Assembly: GCA_012295275.1 (NCBI GenBank)
Contig: CM022670.1
Coordinates: 16,430,001 to 16,494,000 of the forward strand
Length of the DNA: 64,000 nucleotides
DNA from: Chrysomallon squamiferum
Taxonomy: Eukaryota; Animalia; Mollusca
Reading direction: 5' to 3'
A program made the position numbers and the translations under genes. Of the stretch, positions 40,424 through 54,900 are shown in pieces (the stretch's first letter is position 1; every line of letters starts with the position of its first letter). Below the pieces are notes generated by a model, which searched no databases, was not told the origin of the DNA, and saw only the letters and a program-made list of their open reading frames with translations.

Positions 40424-43400
40424 GTTTTCGTTTTTGTTGTTGTTGTTATTTTGCATCTTTTAGGAATTTGTACCATGACATTTCAGATTTATGCAGTAAT
40501 AAACTCAGATGTAGGTTATATCAGTAATTAGCTTCATAAATTAGTGTTAACGCCTTAGTCATGCTCTATTTGTGTTTCCATTTGACAGTGACAGATGGAA
40601 TAATTATTTATCTTCCGGAAATCTGTGAAAATAGATCACTTTCGATTATTAAAAACAAATAAAAATTGATCAAACAATTTGACTGATCAAGGATTTTGAA
40701 ATAACGGTGATTAACAAAAAGTAATAATGACAGTAATTATAATTAATTAGTTAATTTTCTAAAACATTTTATGTCCAACCATTCATAGAAATTTGAACTG
40801 AATTGTACTACTTATAATATATGTAATAGACAGAAATATTTTGACTAATGTTATGTGTATAGTGATTAAGGAACAAATAAAAGATTGATGAGTGTGTGTG
40901 TACTTTATTCACTTATATAGTGTTTTTAATGTTTAATTTTTAAACAAACTTGTTGTTGATTTTATTATTGTTGTATATGATAATAATAATAATAATAATA
41001 ATAACTATTATTATTATATTAGTTATTATTGTTATTGTGGTTGTTGTGATGGTGGTAATTGTTGTTCTTATTATTGTTATTTAAAAAAAAGTAATTGGTT
41101 TATTTAATGTTATACTTGCTTGTTAAAAATTAAGTTTAAAAATTTCATTCATTCAGTCAGTTGCTATTTTGTTTTGTCACAAAAATGTTGATATAATTAA
41201 TTATTTACTAATTAAAAAAAGAAAACGTTACATTTGAAAATAAATAAATGAGTATCTAAGTAAACATGCACAAACCGATACGACACGATACAATACAAGG
41301 AAACAAATAAAAAGGTACATAAAATAAAATGGAATAATATAAAATTATATAAATAACATAAAATAACAAATATAATAATTATGATAATAAATAAATGAAT
41401 AAATAAATAAGTAAATAAATAAAGATAATGATAATAAAAGCAACAACAATAATAATAAGAACAAAACATCAACAACAACAATAATAATGATAAATAAGAA
41501 ATTAACATTCTACTACTATTTGAACTGTTGTACTACTAAATCAACTAAATAAAAATAATAGTAATAATAATAACAACAACAACCATAATAAATAAATAAA
41601 ATAGTAATAATAATTAATAAATAATAACAACAATAATAATACATAATTAAATAAACAATGATAAAACGATAATAACAACCTCAATTATATCAGTAATATT
41701 AAGGATAATTATAATAATAATAAATAATTATACTAAAATATAAGAAGAACAGCAAGAGTAACAATAAAAATAAAATAAAATAAAATAAATACAGTTATCC
41801 AACCGATTTTATGGACTATTTTTTTCAAAGATTTGCCAAATTATTAGTGTTTTCCGGAACTCTCTGTTTCAAAGTTTTTCAGATCAAAAGAGATCACATA
41901 ATAATAATTCAGCGATTGTACATCCTGTGAACAACCAATTATATACACCAGTGTCTCTAAAACACCATCCTAGAAGCTTGAATAAAATAATTAAATGAAC
42001 TTGATTAGAATAAATGGTAAGAACCTTATTATTTTATGTTTCATCAGATTATTAATTTTAAAATATTCAATTTAAATTAAATAATTAAATGAAATGTATT
42101 AAAATGCATGGTACAATTTTATTAGTTTTTATTTTACTTTATTTTAATTAATCTTTAAAAATATAGTTATAAATGTTATTTATTTTATTTTTATTTTATT
42201 ATATTGTTTCACTGAATATTCTTAATTTACGAACGAATTTTAGTTAATAAAAAAATATTTTATTTTATTTACTTATTTATTTATTTTAATTAATTTATTT
42301 ATTAATTTATTTTATTTAATTTTTTTTTTAAAAAATATTACTTACTTATTTGTTTTACTTCATTTATTTTATCTTATATATATATTTATTTATTTTTATT
42401 TATTTATTTATTTATTTATTTATTTTTTTATCAATATTTATTGTTTTCAGAGAACTATCCTATCTAAAAATCAATTTAGATTTTCAGTAACATATATCTC
42501 TTTTTTTTTACTTATTTGTTTTAATTCATTATATTTGATTTCATTTATTTATCAGTTTTATTTTAACTTTATTTCACTTTATTATATTGTACTATAATTA
42601 CTTATTTATTTTAATTTTAATTATTTATTTTACTTATTAATTTTATTTGTATTATTTATTATTTATTTATTTGATTTGATTTAATTCGATTTTTGATTTA
42701 TTTTATTTATATTTATAATTTTTTTTTTATCTCTTTTTATTTTATTTTATTTTATTTATTTATATATTTTGTATATTATTTTTATTTATTTGTTTAAAAT
42801 TTATTTTATACATATTTATTTATTAGAGAAATTGTGTTAGTGTATATAATAGATTTAAACACACACACACACTCACATATTCGTGTTTGCACATACACAC
42901 ACATATATATATTGTACATGTTTTGGTTTAGAAGTGTGTGTATCTGTCTGTTCACTGAGTTTTTATATCGAAAAATTAATTATGATTTTTAATTAAAAAA
43001 AAGGCTTGGTTTTCTTGTTTTCCATACCAGTAGTTTATATGTCTTCTATGACTTCACTATTAGTGATTCTTGTTTAATTGTAGTATGAGTGATCAAGGTT
43101 GAGAGATTTAAACAATGTTACTCAGTTATGTAAAGTAACTTTGACACGTCGGTCACATCAACATTTCAATAACAAAAATAAGTAAATAAAAAAAAAAAAA
43201 ATAAAATAAAAACATAGATAGCGACTGATGCTCATTCAGTTAACTGCAAAAATGTAAATAATATTCATGTAGGTTTCTACCTTTTCCTTAACAGAATAAA
43301 ATTAATATTATGATTTTTAAAATGTAAAATTAACAGAATCAATCCCATAAAAGAAAAATTTTCTTACAGGCGTATTATTGTTCTTGTCTTCTTCTTCTTT

Positions 43401-44091
43401 TTTTTTTTTCCTATTCAAATAAAATTTTCTTTTCTTTTTTTTTTAAATGCATTACTTATTATTACTACTGAACAGATTAATTTATTATTTATATTTAATT
43501 AAGGGCAGTTTTGACACCTCACCTTTTTATTTTTATATTTAACAAATCTCACTGAAATTCAAATGACTAAGTTACTTATTTTTTATTTATTTATTTATTT
43601 TTATTTTTTTTCCCGCAGGAATTACCTAGATGCCGGTCAGTCTGTTTGCAAGGAGACACAGTGAATAAGAAATACGAATAACGTCAGGGGCAGACTTAGT
43701 GGAAGAACATTCGCCTTTGTTTCTAGTGGGAACAAAACCTTAAGACAAAGAAAAACGCTAGTCGCTTGTTTGTCTTTCTCCTTACAAACCAAACGATATT
43801 TTAGATGTTGATCAAGTGAACTGAGACACAAACAAACATGGCCATACCATTGTTGAATCTCTCGCTCGCTGGAACAACAAGCAGCTAGGAGATTTCTGAA
43901 GAACAAACACAGAAAATGAAGCCCAGTTCACGTTTTACCGGCTGTGGTAGTTCCTTGGCCGTCCTTGAACAAGCAAATAAAGTGAAGCAACGAGTCTTTG
44001 TACTGGCGTGTTAAAGAGTTTTTTGTATCCAGATATTTATCTTTATACCTACCAGTATTGTAATTTTAATTTTAGTTTTTATAATTTGAAA

Positions 44092-44131
<40 letters not shown>

Positions 44132-45841
44132 TAATTAATTTATTTATTTATTTTATTATATTATTATTATTATTACTATTTTTTGTCAGTTGTTAATTTC
44201 TAATGTCCTTGAGTTTAGACTGAAAAAAAAAAAAAAAAAACAACAAACAAAAAAAAAAACCCAAAACAACTTAAATTTACCGTTGTTTGAACATTTTATT
44301 ATTATTTTTTTTTTTTCTCACCCGATTCGATTTCAAAAAGGAGATGTTTGGGGTAACTGAAAACGATTTTAAATAGTTAATCACAAGGATATTTAAGTAT
44401 TTTGGTAATTTGAACATTTATTCATAAAGTTTCAATACAAATTTCTAATTTTATAATTAAATATGTTTTTGAAAACACATTTGAGAGGACGCTTTGTAGT
44501 TAATGATAACTGTACAACAGCTTGATTTGTCTCCTCACTTCGGAAATGCGTTTCGTTTGTTTTGAAAGTAAGATTATTGTAAATAGGTAAAATTATGATG
44601 CAATAAGCATGATAAACAACTATTTATAATTCGTATTTTATTTTATTTATTATTATTTTTTTTTAATAATAATTTTTGGTTCATAACGGGGACTTATTAT
44701 GGATTTACCTGTTTAAATATGTTAAAAGTTTAAGTGACGAACACGATATAAATGTGTGTGTATTTGTTGGAACTAGGAGCCTATATTATATTTACAGATT
44801 TTTCGAATAAATATTAAAATTTGTTACAATAATATCAACCTCTTTAAAATAGTTATTGCTATTCGACTTTTATCTTGGGTTTGAACATTTGGGACATATC
44901 TAGGCTTTATACCATTTTCAAATAGAAATATATCCATTATAAAGACATAACCGATAATACATCAGTCTCCATGGGAATGGAATATTATTATAAAGGAATG
45001 GAATATTATTATATTACGAACGTTCAGAAAAATTAGGAATGCCAGAATATATTTCAAATTAGATTCCCTTATGGTCTAGTCCATAATAGCATATTATAAG
45101 CTGAATGCGTGCAAAGTCTCTGCTTCTGTTTTGAGCAAACGAAAATGACTGCTGATGAATGTCGAAGAAATGGCAGGGTTAGTGACCCGGTTAGGTCTCA
45201 CAACATAGTTTTTGCGCAAGAACGCCTTGTTGTGTGATGTCACCGCTTTGTCAATAAATACTTCCGGCAGAGTAATGGCCGATAAAAAAAAAAAAAAAAA
45301 ATAAAAAATAAATAAATAAATAAATAAATATATATATATATTTTTTTTTTTACCTCCCCCAATAAATGGTAGGGTATATTCCTAATTAAACACGTATACA
45401 CCCCGACTATTCCACATTAAATTCAGGATAGACTAATTTAAAAAAACGGACATTGTTCCCCAGATAATGAATGCATTTATTCTATAATTCACGTTCTTTT
45501 CGATTTTCTGCATTATTCAGTTTTGTATTAGGTCATTAAAAAACTTATGTTATGTTTTTCAAACAAAACAATGACAAATTTTAACACTAATATTACCTAG
45601 TATGTACACAACATTAGTCAATTAGTTTTATTAAAACTGTTGATAATTCTTGTGGTGTTACTAAGAAGGTAAGTACCTCGAATTACCAAAATACACAAGT
45701 TAGTGCTGTCAGAATAGAGGTGTTTTTTTAAATATGGATTATGTTTGAACCTTTGTTAGTCTGAATGCCTGAATACTTTAAAATATAACACTATTCAAAT
45801 AACTGAACTTGACTGGTCATGTCAGAAGAGAAAGTCAAAAC

Positions 45842-45878
<37 letters not shown>

Positions 45879-46072
45879 GATAAAACAACTCAGATTGCAA
45901 GTTTAAAATTTTAATTCATTTTTGGTTAATTGTTTTTTTTCTTCTTTTTTTTCTTTTTTTTTTTTTAAATTGCATGATTATGATTTTCTAAATGTAAGGT
46001 TGAACATTAAAAATAACAACATAAATAAGACTAGGAATGACTTCATGAACAAAACCCTCCCAACCACTGAAG

Positions 46073-46150
<78 letters not shown>

Positions 46151-48261
46151 AAAAAAAAAAAAAAAAACAAGGCCCTAGTTTATTAATGTTATCTATAGGA
46201 ACTATATAAAGATGTACAAAATTAATTAATAATTTTTTTTTTTTTTTTTTTTTTAAAAAGGTTTTCCTGTATAAAACCAAATATCCTACCTTCTAACTGT
46301 ACGTTACATTTCATTTGAATACAATAATTACTATTTACATCTAATTTTCTGTTGGAAAGAATGTCTACAACTCTGAATTCAGGCAACAAAATTAATCTTC
46401 CAAATTCTGTAATGTTTTCAACTCTGAATCTATCCAATAAAATTAACCTGTCAAATTTTTTTAATATTCTATTTTAAACACTATCAGCCAAATCAGAGTT
46501 AGATGTTAACAATAAATCTTTAAAAAATAAAATTAAGAAAAATTAAAAATAAAAAAGCCAACAAAGAACACAAAACCAAACAAACCAACAAAAACATTTA
46601 AAAAAAAAAAAACAGGTATTGAATGGTTTATAGTTTTTTCTGTGGATAAAAAAAAAAAAAAAAATTCCATTAAAAAAATACTCTATAAAATGTTGTTTTT
46701 CTTCCAAAAAATATTGTACACATTTATTGATCTTGTATGATGTACTTTGGACAAGTGTATAGGCACTGTGGAACATTAATCATGGGAACAGCTTATTGCT
46801 TACACGTTCTTTGTAATTCACATTGCATAATGCGTTTGAAACATCCATGCTCTCCTCAGTAAACCATCAGGATAAAACAACAGATATTATGTCTACATAA
46901 TAAACAACATAAAACAAAAGCATAAATCTTGATTGTTATGCTAAGTATGCTTCCTTTGATTTACTAGTGTATATGTATATGTATATGTATATTTTAATTT
47001 TTCTTTTTTAACACTGATTTTATTTGTAACACAATTATGTACACAAACTTGCAAAATAGAAATTTTGTATAAACAAAATTGTCACTAAAATTGATTATTA
47101 TGCAATAAACTGTTCAATATATTTTATCTAAATAATAATAATAATAACTAAAAAGTATTTCAACACCATGTGGTTTCATAAACAAATGAGATAGGCAAAA
47201 TATCTAAAATAGTATGTATGTATCTTTTTCATAATCCATATGCTGCATGTAAATAACAAAAACAAATGATAACTAAATATCTTTTAAATCAGAACAGAGG
47301 TAGATCACACTAAATCAAAACAAATGTCAATCAGCTAACATTTATATAATTGTTTAATGTTTAACCTAACTGTGCATCAGTATTATTTTGAATGATTTAG
47401 TGTAAGTAGCAATAACATATATATATATAATTATATATATGTGTGTGTGTGTGTGCGTGTGTGTGTGTAAGTATTTATTTTAAAAGTTGCCATAAAAATA
47501 TTTAAATTCATGATAATATGATCAAGTTGTTAAAATCGATCAGTGTTTTTTTTGTTAGAAATTAAAAATAAAAACAATATTTGCCAAAAATAAAAATTAC
47601 TATGAATTATTCTAAAAATTATGCTTCTTATAAATGGGAATGGTAATTTTATTAACAAACAAAAATCACTAAATGATAATACAAAATATATACATAAGAT
47701 AACATTATTAATTTATAAAAATCCTGATACTCAACCAGCAATTATTTTTCACTTGTAAACTATTACACAAGCAAATATTGTTAAAAAGAAAATGCCATTA
47801 GTAGGCCAACATGGCTAAAATAATAAATATGTTTAAAAACAGTGATAAGATGCAGGTAATCCAGCCCATATAATGATGATTGTATAGAATAACTATCACA
47901 GCCAGAGGTAATTTCTACAATGTATTAAAAAAAATCTCCTAAATGGTTATCATAGAACTTAAATAACACTATATATGCTTTTTTTTTTTTTTTACAATTA
48001 TTAAAAAGACAACTCAAAGTTATTAAACTATCATCATCTCAACAACAGAAATATATCACATTTCAACATCTGCTGTTGATGTTCATATCAGTAAAAAAAG
48101 AAAGAAAAAATATACAATAAAAAACGTTTTATGAATGTGGTGACAATTTAAAATATATATAAACTTATAAAAAAATGTTTCTCGCTGATTTCCAACCAGT
48201 ATTACAATATACCAAGGGGAATAATGTTATTTTCTTCTCCTTCCATTTATTTTTTATTATT

Positions 48262-48327
48262 ACTTTTTTATTTTTTTATTTTATTCTAATCTAAATGATT
48301 AGAATAAAATAAAAAAAATAAAAAAGT
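48262..48327. repeat. Near-perfect ~30-bp-arm inverted repeat with a 5-nt spacer
   Basis: acttttttatttttttattttattctaatc-taaat-gattagaataaaataaaaaaaataaaaaagt. Confidence 0.8.
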
Positions 48328-49655
48328 TAGAAATAATCTGCTAAATTTTGGCAAATCATACTACATATAATATATATTCAATTACTTTCCCACTTCTTAA
48401 GGCAATATTATCCCCAGTCACTAACTGTATTATAATGGAACACAAAAGGAAAATTGACAGAAAACATAATATATAATGAAAGAAATGTTAACGTGTATGA
48501 AGATACTTTTTTTTATTTTTTTCTATTTTTTTTTTTTTTTTTGGCTTGTTTTATTATTTTGATATTTTTTAGAATTAAACATTTTTAAGTTGTACTTTAA
48601 CTAAAGAAATCAAATACACAAAGTCTGGTTTTCTTTCAGTTCTACCAACATACCTGTGAAAAGTAATATTAAACCAGCCAATTTTTAAACTCTAAATCAT
48701 TAACCAGAATTAGTGCTCATCATACATAAATTTACAATTAGTGAGTGTGTGTGTCCAGCTGTATAAGCAAATATTTAAAAACCAAATAATTTTTAGAATG
48801 GAATTACTTATACAGATTAACAAAGAGCATAAATTTTTCTATATGATACAAAACAAAAATAACAAACTAACAGAAAATAGTCTAATAAAAGACATTTTAA
48901 AATTTATCAGTCTGAGGTGAAAAAGGTGCTATCACAAAACTAAATATCTTTATATGATAACTTTTTTAGTGGGTAAGATCTGTTTGATTGATTTTATTAA
49001 TATTTTTATTTTTAAAATTAAACATTTTTAGCTGTCCTTTATTTAAATGAATAAAAAAAAAAAAAAAAAAAAAAAATATTAACACTCTCAGCAACTGGCT
49101 AGATGAAAGATAGAATTGAAATGGCCCCATTATATTCCCTTGAATAAGAATTAATTCTGTTAAATTTTGCCATATCATGCCATAAATTAAAATTTGGTGG
49201 ATATTTATTTAATTACTTCACCATTTTTCTAGACAGTATTTCGTCTTAAAATACATCCAATAATCTTAAATGAACATTTAAAAATCATTGTAGCTGTCCA
49301 TTTTTAAAAATGAATTTCATATTCTTATTTACAGAACAAAAATGTGATAGAAAATATTACAATGACATTTACAGTTTGTCAAAATGTGCAGATTCTCTAC
49401 TCGGCTGGCTATGCAGCTCAATATTCCTTAGCCATTTAATAGAGAAGTTCCACTTTGTGGGCAATGGTTCTATTACATATGACTGATATATTTTTTAACC
49501 AAAATGTTTATAAAGCCCTGAGCTCTACCAATGTGAAATCAATCCAGTTTTACACAAGCATATGAAAAAAAAGAAGAAAAAAAGCAGCAATACCGTAAAA
49601 AGTAAGATCAGTGCTATTGTATCTTTTTTTTTTTTTTTAAATGCAAATTGGTAAG

Positions 49656-49730
<75 letters not shown>

Positions 49731-50101
49731 AACAAAGATTCCAGATTTAAAAATATCTTGCCTATACACTTTTTAACTTCTCATGTTCTTTTATTTTTAT
49801 ATTTTAAAATTTTTATTGTTAGAATTAAACATTTTTACACTGTACTTTATTTCACTGAATTTAAACAGATCATTTGTTTAAAACAAAAAATACATGATTG
49901 ACTTCACAGAAAAGGCTAATTCATAACAATTACCGTATTGGTTTCACATTCTATATGCATAGAATAGTTTTATAAACATTGATGTAATGGGTATTGAAAA
50001 GATAAAATAATTTTCATAAATAAAACTGGGCTAGACAAAAACATTACAATCCGAATATATAAATGGCTAAAACAAAAACAATAGACTGGTGTAAAAAGTT
50101 T

Positions 50102-50132
<31 letters not shown>

Positions 50133-50377
50133 GTGCTAAATATACATTAAAAACAACTTGACCAATTTGTATATAAAAAAACTTCATCCTCTACTTAATC
50201 ATTTGTATATAAAAATAACATCTTTGGGTTGGTATTAAATAACATCATACACATTCAACCATACATTTAAATATACAGAAATAAAACAAAAAGTTATTAA
50301 TATACAAAATTGGTTCATCACATTTCTGCACATTCGACCATCTCAGACAAATTATTTATCATCGCAAATGAGAATTC

Positions 50378-50401
50378 TTAGTAGTGTGAAGAAGAGTTGA
50401 C
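50378..50401 (-). CDS. CDC14: CDC14 terminal coding segment (VNSSSHY*)
   Basis: Strong acceptor ctctcatttcag|; in frame after 52175-52316. Confidence 0.6.
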   Translation of the reverse strand, partial: VNSSSHY

Positions 50402-51872
50402 CTGAAATGAGAGAGAAAAGTTATAAATTATCTTCTAATAACAACAACAATAATAAACATTTTAAAAATGTACACGCTGTAAGAAAAAAAATTACTTTAA
50501 GATGTTAACACTGTTAAATGAACTCCATTCCTGAAATAGTGACATGTTATTAAAGGGTATGCAACTGCATGAGAAGTGGTTGTAATTAAGAAGACAGCAT
50601 CTAGACATTTTAATATTAAAAATACTACAAATATGAATACTTGAATATATATGGTTTTCTAGTAAAGAAGACATTACAAACTGCTATGAAGAAAACGAGA
50701 AAGGAAGAAAAAAAAATGCAGTTTACATGGGCAAAGTTAAGAATAATCTTGCATGCTGCTAAGTGGGTTTACCAGTTATGACAAAATTAATCTACAAGAC
50801 ATACAGAGTTACTGGCCATGCAACTTGTTTTCTTTGAAATGATATTAAAAACAGAATAGTATCACTTGGAGTAATTATTACTAGCAAAAAATATTAACAC
50901 AACTACCAACTAACACTAACATTTACAACATCGTACTGTATTTATTGAATGATTTTTGTTTCTTAACTCTAGTTTACACCTTATTATTTGTCATTAAGCA
51001 TATTGGATTTATTATGGTAATACAGTTAACAAGTTAAACAGGAATTAATAAACTAACTACATGCGAATAAATTCATCTTATTATTGTTACATGGCAATCT
51101 GGTTTTGTCACATGTACCAGCACTCTCTAATGAAAATATTGCAATATTTCTACTGGCCAAGATGCACCAATAACTGGATGAAATAAATGTATTAATTTTA
51201 GTTCTGTGTTTATATTTCAAGTTAAAGTATATGTGAATGGATGAGCTGAAGATTATTAACAGTGTATCAAGTTGTTTTCATACTTTTATATTTTAACTGA
51301 TGTTTGTGAATGCACAATTCATCACTATGTTTTAAACAAGTCTCGCATGAGATGCTCTTTTGGCACACATGTATTTATTCATTCTTTAAATGTCAGTGAA
51401 CAAATATGTATGTTATATTACTTATAACTAGTAAACCATATATAATTTTCTTTAACAAATCAATTTCGAAATTTTGAGTTATTAGTTTCAGATAATAAAC
51501 AAAATTGTGTTATTCAATGGAGTTTCTCTCATACCCATTGCTAAAAATACACTTATAATTCATGTAAGATGGTTCACACTAATCTATATATATATAATTA
51601 AGAAGTTGTTTTTTTAATTATTTTATTTTATTCTTTATTTATTTAACAAAATTTTATTCTTTATTTATTTAACAAAATTTTATTATTATTATTAAAAACA
51701 TAATTTTGAACTGCTTGATATTTTAAATTAATCCAAGAATGCTGTTAACAAATCTTCTATTTAATTTACACTTTAGTCACAAACTCTTCAAATAAATATT
51801 TGTCTACAAATTTTTCTTTATTAAATATATCAAACAACTATTTTAATTTCAACATAGTTCAAGGAGAAAAGC

Positions 51873-51911
<39 letters not shown>

Positions 51912-54900
51912 CCAAAAAAAAAAAATAATAATAAAAATAAAATAAAAAAATATATAGACATACACATAAAGAATTAAAAAAAAGAAAAAAACTATTAAAA
52001 TGGGGAAAAAATATGTATGAACCACGAAGCATCCCCTCTAAACCCTCCCCAAAACAAAACAACAAAAAAAAAAAAAAAAAAAAAAGCACCTACAAAATTA
52101 TGTGAACCTTCTTTTAGGACCACTGTATGTGATTTCTGTGCATATCACAAGAAAGGTGACAACATTTAACTTACGGCATCGCAGGATCGCAAATAATATT
52201 TGTGTGGCCAGGCAAAGAGAAAGTCATTTGGTGGTTTGTAAATTTCCGTGAACAGGTTGTTTTTGTAATCCTTTGACTTAGCATCTGGGAAGTTTGAATA
52301 CACATCAAGGCCACGCCTGGGAGATAAATAAACATGGCATGAAAATAATAATATTATTATTATTGCTGGCTGAACTTTGAAATAGTACTGTTTTAACAAT
52401 AAATGGAAGAAGAAAAAAAAAAAAAAAAAAAACAGTACTGAAATACTTGCATTATTTCAAAAAAAAAAAAAAATAAAAATAAAAAAAAAAAAATAATAAT
52501 AATAAAAAAAATACTGATTCCATTTAAGGATCTTAATACCATGCAAATGAAGAAAAATATACCAACAGTGTCAATCAACACTTATGTCACTTTTAGTTAA
52601 GATATTATACCATCACCATTTAATATGTATAGTCACTGCAGAAAGCAGATATTAAGACAACAACAAGAAAGAATAAAATAAAATTAAAAATTAAATTAAA
52701 AAAATAGAAATTATAATAATAATAATAAAAAAATAAAAATAAAAAAATATATATAACCCACATGCAAAATGCAAAGCAAACCACACAATTAATGACTTAA
52801 TACAGATCGTTAAGTACTAAATAAAAACATCCAATTTTAATGATACTGGGCTAAGCATCTGATTTTGATCTTTAGTACTGGCTGTAATTGTGATTCTCTA
52901 TCGTAGTTGCAAGTCAATATGAATAATAATCATAATCATAATAAAAAATATAAAAAGAAAAATGAAAAAAAACACCACAACTCAAAAAATACCTGCAAAT
53001 TCAGATAAAAATTCAAATAACTAGTAAGGTCAAATCATACGACAAACATTTTAAACTATTTTCACCTGTCAGCAAGACGATGACTGTCATTTTCAGTTTG
53101 ATGTTAAAAAAAAAGAAGTAAAAATTTTGTTTTGAAAATAAAAATATTCTCTTTGTATGTAAGGAAGGTTCGGTTTCTGCAGCTGCCATAGATATAAACT
53201 TATAAAATCACAAAATCGTGGTGTACGCAAAAATGAGAAATGTGAGAGTTAAGAAAAACCAATAACTACAGCACAAACACACACAAATTCAGAAAAAACA
53301 AATTAGTAAAGTTAAAATATTGCTCCAGATATCTACCAGTTCTGAACATCATTGTCAATATTGTGCCATGCTTAAATTTCAAAGTTTTAAAATTATTATA
53401 TTGCATTACAAAATTATCAACTATCAACTATCAATTTCTGCTTTAGATAAATACAACAATGATACAATTAATGAAACGATCTCTGCTTCAACTTTCAATA
53501 GTGATACAACATGCGTATGCAATGTGTTTATTTAAGGACAGTCCTGATACCACTTAGACTGACTGACTTGGACTAATTGGTGAAAAATATTTCAAGGATG
53601 TTCCAAGCCAATGGACAAAGAATTATAACATTCCATTTTACTTAAATCATAAAAATTTAAATTATTTTATTCCCAGTGAAACATATGCACCAAAAATGTA
53701 TTTAAAAATCAGTGACTGCCATACATAATACAGTTATGATATGGATTCTCATGTTAACTAAACCTCTCAATATACAGCAGATTAGATTTGTAAATGTAGT
53801 CCAGTTTCTTTAGTATTATTATCCTTTTATAGTTATTTTATTTTTTATCTGAATATTCTGTTGTATTTTTAAAATATTTAAATTCATAGAGATAACAATC
53901 ATAATAAAAATATATTTATATACATAAAATTTAAAATCTATTCCCATAATATTATATTGGCATACATTTATATATGAAAATTAATGTCTTCTGTTTTTAT
54001 AGCAATTAGCTGCTGGCATTAATTGTTGTCACTACAGATAAAACCACATGCAACATGCAACAATGCAATAGAAAGAAAAATATAAAATAGTATGTGTGTT
54101 AAAAGAAAATAGCTGTGCAGTTTTAAGAAGTACAGCACACTAATATAGTAACTTCAGTAAACTGTATTAGAAATAGATGTTACAAAAACTGTGACATTAG
54201 CCATGAATAAAAACTGAGAAGTTTACATTCAATACATATATTTGAAATTGTGTCAGTATTCTTGGAAAATGGTATCTTTTGTAACATAATTTCCGACACA
54301 ATTTACTATTTTCTATTTTAAAAGGGTTTTAATAAAAATCCTTTTGTTTTCATCTTTCAATAATACCAACAAAAATATACAATAAAACTGATACAAATAA
54401 AATAACAAAATAATAATTAAATAAAAATTAATTATAAAATAACACAAATTTAATAATAACAATTGGCAGTAGTGCCATAGAACTTCAGTCATATACTATT
54501 TTGTTTTCTGTGGTGTTAATTTTTAACACATATTCTTTATTAATTTTATTTACAATTAAATGTAAAACTATGAGAAAAATATTTTCTATTTTGGAGACAA
54601 ATTAAAGCAAAAAAAAAAAAAAAAAATCAAATTTTTTTTTTTTTTATATTGCTTTATATAAGATTGTGGTATTGCAGGTTTACATCATTTTTGTGTTACT
54701 ATAAACTTTTTAATCTTTCAGTTTATAATTATTTCCTCAATGTTTTGAAGTACAATTAACACAGTATGATTACATCATGCCTTTGTGGCCTAGGATTGTT
54801 CAGCTAATTTTAATGAATTACTAGAATAAAGGAACATCAAATTAGACTTTTGAAAAACCTAACTTTAAAAAAATAAAAATAAAATCAGTGATATAAAAAT

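Larger units (their letters stand above)
26680..44000 (+). ncRNA. Putative spliced pri-miRNA host lncRNA of mir-1993 (candidate exons ~26680-27292, 35454-35577, ~37857-38036, 38211-38245/38580, 41883-42016, 43619-~44000)
   Basis: Co-oriented GC-richer islands with strong splice sites (cag|...CAG|gtaagt, CAG|gtatgt, ATG|gtaaga, cccgcag|); exon 35454-35577 has stops in all three frames; AATAAA at 43976-43981; same strand as the hairpin. Confidence 0.5.

Noticed and set aside
45150-45180. CTGATGA...GAAA hammerhead-like core
   Set aside because: No pairing stem II and no convincing stems I/III
45922-46280. Poly-Lys/poly-Phe ORFs and the ~75-nt poly-A as a retrocopy tail
   Set aside because: Simple homopolymer with no upstream retrogene; the many Ile/Tyr/Asn-rich short ORFs are likewise microsatellite translations
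52960-53010. Possible extra CDC14 terminal exon (acceptor tttgcag| giving RYFL...)
   Set aside because: Runs into low-complexity T-rich sequence; cannot be supported without transcripts
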